From an uncultured bacterium (GTDB lineage Bacteria; Patescibacteriota; Minisyncoccia; UBA6257; 2-01-FULL-56-20): a stretch of 64,000 bases of DNA. Positions 57,999 to 64,000 of this stretch are shown one piece after another. The position numbers and the translations under genes were made by a program. Numbering within the stretch: position 1 is the first letter of the stretch; each line of letters begins with the position of its first letter. The stretch covers positions 267,719 through 331,718 of the forward strand of contig CAWJQC010000007.1 in assembly GCA_963844965.1 (NCBI GenBank), written 5' to 3'. Under the pieces are notes generated by a model. That model saw nothing but the letters and a program-made list of their open reading frames with translations, was not told the DNA's origin and did not search any database.

Positions 57999-58334
57999 GG
58001 AGCCGGCTGTAGAGCACTCAAACAATTCCCCTTTGGGTGGTTGCCAGTAGAGCACTCATTCATAACAAACAGAATTGGAGGTCACCACTGGCAACCACCC
58101 AGGGCAGAATTGTCCCGCAACTCTCTGCGAGCCGCCAAGGTGAGCAGCTAGAGTTGGCGCGATCCCGCTTAATCTCCGATGCATGCAGACAACTGGTTTT
58201 CATCGCAGAGAGAACGGGATCTACGCCAATCTAACCTCAGGACTTTGTCCTTCGGAGATTGGGCGGGAGAGGTCACCACAGCCGCTCCGCCGAGAACCTT
58301 TCTGGGTTCTGGGCGGAGCGGCTGTTCGTGTTTC
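57999..58334 (+). ncRNA. candidate structured RNA / long structured leader upstream of murB
   Basis: Perfect 14-bp stem gggtggttgccagt/actggcaaccaccc; perfect 13-bp stem cagccgctccgcc/ggcggagcggctg ending 15 nt before the murB ATG; long-range complement aactctctgcgag/ctcgcagagag; direct repeat gtagagcactca x2. No credible ORF. Confidence 0.3.
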
Positions 58335-59261
58335 ATGGAGTTCAAAAAAGACGTCAATTTAGCGGAATACAGCAACTATAAAATCGGCGGGCCGGCCAAG
58401 TTTTTTTTTGAAGTGAAAAGCGTTGAAGAGACAGAATGGGCGGTCAAGGAGGCGAAGAGGCGCGGACTTAAAATTTTCGTTTTGGGAGGCGGAACGAATC
58501 TTTTGATTAGCGACGAAGGTTACGATGGCTTGGTTCTGAAACCGGCCGTGAGATTTTTGAAGTGCGACGGAACGGCAATAACAGCCGGGGCAGGGACTTT
58601 AATGTCCGAACTTTTGGATTTCGCGGCGGAAAAAGGATTAAGTGGCCTTGAGTGGGCCGGCGGACTGCCGGGGACTTTGGGCGGCGCTATCCGCGGCAAC
58701 GCCGGCGCTTTCGGCGGCGAGATTAAGGATTCCGTTGGCTCGGTAATGAGCTTGAGGATCGGCGACTTGAAGCAAGTGACAAGGGACAAGAATGAATGCA
58801 AATTTGGATACAGAGCGAGCATCTTCAAGGAGAGCAGCGGCGAAGAAATAATTTTAAGCGCCACATTGCGTTTAAATAACGGCGAGGCGGCGGAAATCAA
58901 AAAAATTATCCGGGAAAAAATTGATTATCGCTTAAGCCGCCAGCCGCTGGAGTACCCCAATATCGGAAGCATTTTCAAGAATGTTCCAGTTGAACTCGTA
59001 CCGAAAGACGTTCTTCCAAAATGCGCCGATGCTATAAAACAGGACCCATTCCCGATAGTTCCGGCGGCCCGTCTCATCGGACTTACCGGCCTCAAAGGCG
59101 CAAAACACGGCGGCGCGATGATATCGCCCAAGCACGGCAATTTCATTGTGAACGTCGGGGATGCCAAGGCGGCGGATGTCAAAAATCTTATAAACCTAAT
59201 TAAAGAGGAGGTCCGCAAAAAGTTCGGTATCAAATTGGAAGAGGAAATAATGGAATTGTAG
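58335..59261 (+). CDS. murB: UDP-N-acetylenolpyruvoylglucosamine reductase
   Basis: MEFKKDVNLAEYSNYKIGGPAKFFFEV…FVLGGGTNLLISDEG… (FAD-binding) and C-terminal MurB motifs. Start at the internal Met of ORF 58179..59261. Confidence 0.85.
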   Translation: MEFKKDVNLAEYSNYKIGGPAKFFFEVKSVEETEWAVKEAKRRGLKIFVLGGGTNLLISDEGYDGLVLKPAVRFLKCDGTAITAGAGTLMSELLDFAAEKGLSGLEWAGGLPGTLGGAIRGNAGAFGGEIKDSVGSVMSLRIGDLKQVTRDKNECKFGYRASIFKESSGEEIILSATLRLNNGEAAEIKKIIREKIDYRLSRQPLEYPNIGSIFKNVPVELVPKDVLPKCADAIKQDPFPIVPAARLIGLTGLKGAKHGGAMISPKHGNFIVNVGDAKAADVKNLINLIKEEVRKKFGIKLEEEIMEL

Positions 59262-59293
59262 AAATAAAAAGCGAGGAGGGCAACATTTCCTCT

Positions 59294-59365
59294 GTCATGC
59301 TGAGCGGAGCGAAGCATCTCATAGCCGCACATAACATGGAGATCCTTCGCAAAGCTCAGGATGAC
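59294..59365. repeat. inverted pair of the GTCATCCTGAGCG.AGCGAAG.ATCTC repeat unit (two arms separated by 18 bp), murB-hpf intergenic
   Basis: gtcatgctgagcggagcgaagcatctc …18 nt… gagatccttcgcaaagctcaggatgac. Both arms match the single unit inside argF at 21281-21307. Confidence 0.6.
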
Positions 59366-59431
59366 CGGACGAAATTTTCGAGTAGCCTCAACAACCTTTG
59401 CGGAAAATTTATTTGCAGTATAATACCTTCT

Positions 59432-59770
59432 ATGGAACTTAATATCATCGGTAAAAATTTGGATTTGACGCCAAGCATAAAGGCCTTTGCGGAGAAAAAG
59501 TTACTGCCCCTCGCGAAGTTTTTGAAACGATTTGAGGAAGAAGGCAGCGTCTCGGTGCGGCTGGAATTAGCTCGCATTACGCAGCATCATAGGCGCGGCA
59601 ATGTTTTCTGGGCGGCGGCCGACCTCAAATTACCGGGCAAGCTTTTGCGGGCGGAAACGGAAGCGGGCGACGCGCGAGCCGCGATAGACGGCATAAAGGA
59701 CGAGCTACGCATAGAGATAGAAAAATATAAAACGAAGTTTTTGAAGCCGCAAAGAGGTGCAGGGAAATAA
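59432..59770 (+). CDS. hpf: ribosome hibernation promoting factor (HPF/RaiA, sigma-54 modulation protein family)
   Basis: MELNIIGKNLDLTPSIKAFAEKKL…VSVRLE…GNVFWAAADLKLPGKLLRAETEAGDARAAIDGIKDELRIEIEKYK is the HPF short-form pattern. The upstream part of ORF 59297..59770 is repeat-derived. Confidence 0.8.
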   Translation: MELNIIGKNLDLTPSIKAFAEKKLLPLAKFLKRFEEEGSVSVRLELARITQHHRRGNVFWAAADLKLPGKLLRAETEAGDARAAIDGIKDELRIEIEKYKTKFLKPQRGAGK

Positions 59771-59799
59771 AAAAGGGGCCGTCTGATGGGACGGCCTCG

Positions 59800-60340
59800 A
59801 GGGAACTGGAACTGGGACAAGTACTGGCATAGCCGGAGTCGTGAGCAGAGATTTCAGCCATTCCCACGCCTTGGATTTGGCGTAGGGCGGCCTGTCTATG
59901 CTGACGAGGTACGATTCCACTAAAACGGCCAGCGCGAATGGCTGAAAGATAAGCCATTGGCCAAGCGCAAATGGCTTATAAGATGCGTCCCACCAAAGCG
60001 TAAGTGTCAGGGAAAATGGGCAAAAAACGACAAGGGACCATGAAAACCGGCGATCTCTTCGCAGGCGTATGTCCAGTTGTAAATTTTTCGCGCCTCTTTG
60101 CTGTTCCGCCGACTTTTTGTGTTCTATGTCGCTGATCCTGTAAAAAGCTGCCCACGTAAACAGCGCGACCATGGGGTTTACAAAACCTATAATCGCGTAC
60201 CAGCGGCTATTGACGGCGAGGATTATCAGTGCAACCGCCGCGTAAGCGCAAAATAACTTCCAGATTCCGCGTGCCATCTGAAAATTGTCTTTGCCCGTGA
60301 GCCAGTCGAACCACTTGCTTGCGCGCTCTGCGAGCCGCAA
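59800..60340 (-). CDS. hypothetical membrane protein
   Basis: Four hydrophobic helices. The 3' end of the ORF overlaps hpf, so the true stop is uncertain. Confidence 0.3.
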
Positions 60341-60507
60341 GCAAGCCCGAATCTAATTTGTCAAACATAAGTCACCTTCCTTATTTCGATAGAGATAGGG
60401 GACTTTACCTGAGTGTATTATAGCATTAAATAAATTAATTTGTCAAGTTCAAAAAAGAGCCATTTTTTCTGGATTTATCGCACAAAAACCGTTATACTAC
60501 GGAATAC

Positions 60508-63128
60508 ATGTTCGATTTTATCAAGCAATATTTTCATAAGCGCTCGCTCGCGGCGCTGGAGGAAAAAGTTCTGGAAATCAACGAACTTGAACCGGAAATA
60601 CAGAAACTGACCGACGAAGAACTCAAGGCGGCGAGTTTGGATTTGAAGTCAAAAATCCGCGAGGGGATGACGCTTGACGAAGCCCTGCCGCGGGCTTTTG
60701 CTTTGGTCCGCGAAGCGGCGAAGCGTACGCTCGGCCAGCGGCCGTTTGACGTCCAGTTATTGGGCGGCATGGTGTTGCATCAGGGAGCGATCGCCGAAAT
60801 GGTGACGGGTGAAGGGAAAACACTTGCCGCCGTCGCGCCCGCTTATTTGAACGCCTTAAGCGGGAACGGCACGCACGTTGTCACTGTTAACGAATATCTT
60901 GCCCGCCGCGACGCAGTGTGGATGGGGCAGATATACCGCGCGCTCGGTCTCACGGTCGCGTGCCTCGTGCCGAACGCGGCGTTCATGTACGATCCCGAGT
61001 GGAAAATTCCCGAGGGCGCGGAAGATACTTATAGACAAAGAGCGCGATACGACGGGAGCGTTTTTGGTCCAGCAGGAGTTTTTGAAACCTGTATCGCGCC
61101 GCGAGGCGTATCTCGCCGACATTACTTACGGCACGAACCACGAATTCGGCTTCGATTATTTGAGGGATAATCTGGCTTACCGGTTTGAAGATTGCGTTCA
61201 GCGCGAGCTTAACTACGCCATCGTTGACGAGGTGGACAGCATTCTAATAGACGAGGCGCGGACGCCGCTTATCATCGCGGCGCCGGATGTGCAGTCAAGC
61301 GATTATTACAAGGCCTTCGCGAGAATCGCGACAAAATTTGGAGAAGGAGAAGGACTATGCCATTGACGAAAAATTGAAAACAGCAAGCATCACGGAAAAC
61401 GGCATTGACAAGGTGGAGAAAATAATCGGCGTGAAAAATCTTTACGCGCCGGAAAACATCCGTCTCGTCCATTATTTGGAGGAAAGTTTGAAAGCGAAAG
61501 CCCTTTTCCAGCGCGACAAGGATTATGTAGTGAAGAACGGAGAGGTCATCATCGTTGACGAATTTACGGGACGCATGCTTCACGGCCGGCGCTATCAGGG
61601 CGGCCTGCATCAGGCGATCGAGGCTAAAGAAGGAGTTCTCGTCAAGGAGGAATCGCGGACTTACGCGAAAATTTCAATCCAGAACTATTTCAGGATGTAT
61701 AAAAAAATCGCCGGCATGACCGGCACGGCGCAGACATCCGCGGAGGAATTTTTCAAGGTTTACAAACTGGAAGTCGTCAGCATCCCGACGAACAAGCCGT
61801 TAGTACGGGAAAGATTTGAACGACCTCGATATATAAGAAGTTTCAAAGCAAAATTCGAGGCGGTGGTCAAGCGAAGTGGCGGAGCGGCAGAAAATCGGCC
61901 AGCCGGTGCTTTTGGGAACGACCTCGATCGCAAAGAACGAGATGTTTTCCGCGGCGCTTTCGAGCGCGGGCGTCGAAGCACGAGGTTTTGAACGCGAAGA
62001 ACAACGAGCGCGAGGGCGCGATCATTGCGCAGGCGGGGCGTCCCGGCGCCGTGACGGTTGCGACGAATATGGCGGGCCGCGGCGTGGACATAATCCTGGC
62101 GGCAACCCGCCGGAACCCGAGGAAGCCGGAAAGGTGCGAGAAGCGGGGGGACTGCACGTTATCGGCACCGAACGGCACGAAGCGCGCCGCATTGATAATC
62201 AGCTTCGCGGCCGCGCCGGGCGGCAGGGCGATCCGGGCTCCTCGCAATTTTTCCTTTCGCTTGAGGACGATCTTCTGCGGATATTCGGCGGCGACCGGGT
62301 TAAAAATCTGATGGAGCGGTTTGATCTGCCGGATGACGAGCCGATCACAGTTCGGATTTATTTCAAAGGCCGTCGCGCAGGCGCAGGCAAAAGTGGAAGG
62401 CGCGAATTTTGACCTGCGGAAACATTTGCTGGAATACGACGATGTGTTGAACAAGCAGCGGACGGCGGTTTACAAGAGGCGGCTGCAGATTTTGCAGAGT
62501 ATGAATAAGGAAGTTTTGGCCGGGATCGTTTATGAAGCGGCGTCGGCCTGCTTGGACAATATTTTGAGCCAGGGTGCGGCGGAGTTGCCGCCGGATGCCG
62601 AGGGTAACGCGCCCAAGGCTCCGGATATCAAAAAAATGTTTGAGGAAACCGGGATTGTAAATAAAAATTTCCAATTTCCAATTTCCAATTTTCAAGACGC
62701 AACGTCGGAGGACTTGAAGGAATTTCTGAAAAAACGCAGTGCTGACGTCGCCGAAGACCCACAGACGCTGAATCGTGCTCTCGGCATTTTGGATATGCTT
62801 TGGATGAACCATTTGGAGGATTTGGAGGCGCTAAGCGAGTCGGTTGGACTCCGCGCTTACGGCCAAAAGGACCCGCTTGTGGAGTATCGCCACGAGGCGC
62901 ACCACCTTTTCAAGAATTTTTGGGACAATTTCAACGGCTGGATTTTTTCCAATATTTTCCGCCTTGCGGGAAATACGCAAACAACCGTGAAAGCGGGAAA
63001 TACTTCGCAGAATTTCGCGAAAGTATCAGCAGTTTCGCAAGGTTCTTGCGCCGACCGATAAGGTCGGGCGGAATGACCCCTGCCCGTGCGGTAGCGGAAA
63101 GAAATACAAGAAATGTCACGGGGCGTGA
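60508..63128 (+). CDS. secA: preprotein translocase ATPase SecA (reading broken by at least 6 single-base indels; C-terminal zinc-finger present)
   Basis: Consecutive SecA blocks in shifting frames: [38 protein letters not shown]; [23 protein letters not shown]…[20 protein letters not shown]; EKDYAIDEK…[12 protein letters not shown]…[15 protein letters not shown]; [10 protein letters not shown]…[23 protein letters not shown]…[35 protein letters not shown]; [19 protein letters not shown]; terminal [21 protein letters not shown]. Contains a (tttccaat)x3 in-frame repeat. Confidence 0.85.
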
Positions 63129-63189
63129 GGGTAAGAAAAATGCCGCTGGGTAAACCATGCGGCGGAAATAATCTTGTGCTACAGGATCG

Positions 63190-63444
63190 CTAACGAGAGA
63201 CGCTAACCGCTTCCGGAACTTTCTTGGCCTCTTCTACGGGCCAGGAACCAGGCGAAGGGGTTTCGTGAGCGTGCAATGGGCATCCAAGTGCTTTGATATT
63301 CGGATACGCTGGACAGACGCAGTCGAACTGAAGCTTGAGGTGACCGAAAGAAAGAACTATTTTCCGTGCAAAACCCAAAGAATTAACTTCCGTATCTGAT
63401 AAATGAAAGCCAAGCGGTTGAAGTTCTTTTTCAGCATATGTCAT
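63190..63444 (-). CDS. hypothetical protein
   Basis: 84 aa ORF with no motif. Confidence 0.2.
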   Translation of the reverse strand: MTYAEKELQPLGFHLSDTEVNSLGFARKIVLSFGHLKLQFDCVCPAYPNIKALGCPLHAHETPSPGSWPVEEAKKVPEAVSVSR

Positions 63445-63583
63445 TTCTTACCTCTCGTGATAAGGTTAATTCAAAAAGAATAGTACCAAAGCCATATGCG
63501 GTAGTCAATAATCCTTATATACGCAGAAGTCAATCAAAAAATGTCCCGATTTGCTTTAATGCCGAAAAAAGATTTAAACAATA

Positions 63584-63911
63584 ATCATATGACCATAGAT
63601 GATTTTGACAAAATTGAGCTGCGGGTCGCGTAAGGTTCTCGCGGCGGAGCGCATAGCTGGATCGGAAAAGTTGCTTAAACTCCAGATAAGTTTGGGCGAC
63701 GAGACGCGGCAGCTTGTTGCCGGCGTGGGCAAAGTTTACGAGCCGGAGGCGCTGGTTGGAAAGGAAATCGCAATCGTGGCGAACATGGGAACCGCGCGCG
63801 CTGATGGGTCTGGAATCGAATGGTATGCTGCTCGCGGCGCACGATGAAGACGGCAAGCCCGCGGTTCTGACGGTTGAACGGGAAGTTCCTCCCGGCTCGC
63901 GGATAACATGA
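63584..63911 (+). CDS. csaA: tRNA-binding domain protein (CsaA/Trbp111-like), with a 1-nt insertion at ~63631 and another shift near 63800
   Basis: MTIDDFDKIELRVA then (shifted) KVLAAERIAGSEKLLKLQISLGDETRQLVAGVGKVYEPEALVGKEIAIVANMG… then (shifted) ESNGMLLAAHDEDGKPAVLTV. Together these form the complete Trbp111/CsaA tRNA-binding OB domain. Confidence 0.7.
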
Positions 63912-64000
63912 AGCGGCGCGGATAAGTATTAATAGGTATCTTCATAATAAAAACATGAGCATAGTGAGAATAGTGATTTTCATTGTCATTGTGGCTGCTC

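Noticed and set aside
57999-58334. Tested whether the structured region upstream of murB is tmRNA, RNase P RNA, SRP RNA or 6S RNA
   Set aside because: None of the conserved hallmarks were found (AAGUCCGG P4 strand, tRNA-like T-arm plus tag ORF, GGAA-tetraloop with AGCAGC symmetric loop), so it is left as unclassified.
60508-63128. secA as a pseudogene
   Set aside because: It is an essential gene with every conserved block present in order. Multiple 1-nt frame changes are far more consistent with sequence errors.

Overview
This is a bacterial chromosomal window with compact gene spacing, many small ORFs and AT-rich leader repeats, possibly from a CPR/Patescibacteria-like or other reduced-genome lineage, though I cannot confirm that from sequence alone.

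Core genes recognised by conserved motifs include the dcw cluster (mraZ, rsmH, ftsL-like, ftsI, murF), rplJ-rplL, pgk, tpiA, secA, murB, hpf, argF, ppiB, mscL, a PiT phosphate transporter with its DUF47 partner, a B12-binding radical SAM protein, an MTTase-family radical SAM protein, tRNA-Val(CAC) and tRNA-Glu(CUC).

The accessory content falls in three places:
- An IS3-family insertion sequence at about 12.6-13.8 kb, with orfA/orfB and the A_AAA_AAG slippery site, inserted into the 3' end of an inositol-monophosphatase-family gene.
- An island of about 13 kb directly downstream of tRNA-Glu (32.5-45.4 kb). It carries an AAA_13/RloC-PrrC-like ATPase, a decayed large serine recombinase, an MmeI-family Type IIL restriction-modification gene, an exonuclease-DinG helicase fusion, three PD-(D/E)xK-type nuclease-fold proteins including DUF2779, and then an intact large serine recombinase.
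- A prophage-like remnant (45.4-54.6 kb) with terminase small and large subunits, a ParB-nuclease/DNA-methyltransferase fusion, RusA and an M23 peptidase.

A separate DNA methyltransferase fused to an Mrr-type nuclease domain sits behind a highly structured palindromic leader at about 22 kb.

Several small repeat families and heptamer palindrome arrays occupy 5' leaders, and one palindromic repeat is inserted in-frame within argF.

Important caveat: the sequence carries many single-base indels that break clearly essential genes at conserved motifs (ftsI at the SXXK site, murF, secA at least six times, csaA, PiT). Frameshifts are therefore probably often assembly or sequencing errors, and pseudogene calls, including those in the island, are uncertain. 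No CRISPR array or rRNA was seen.
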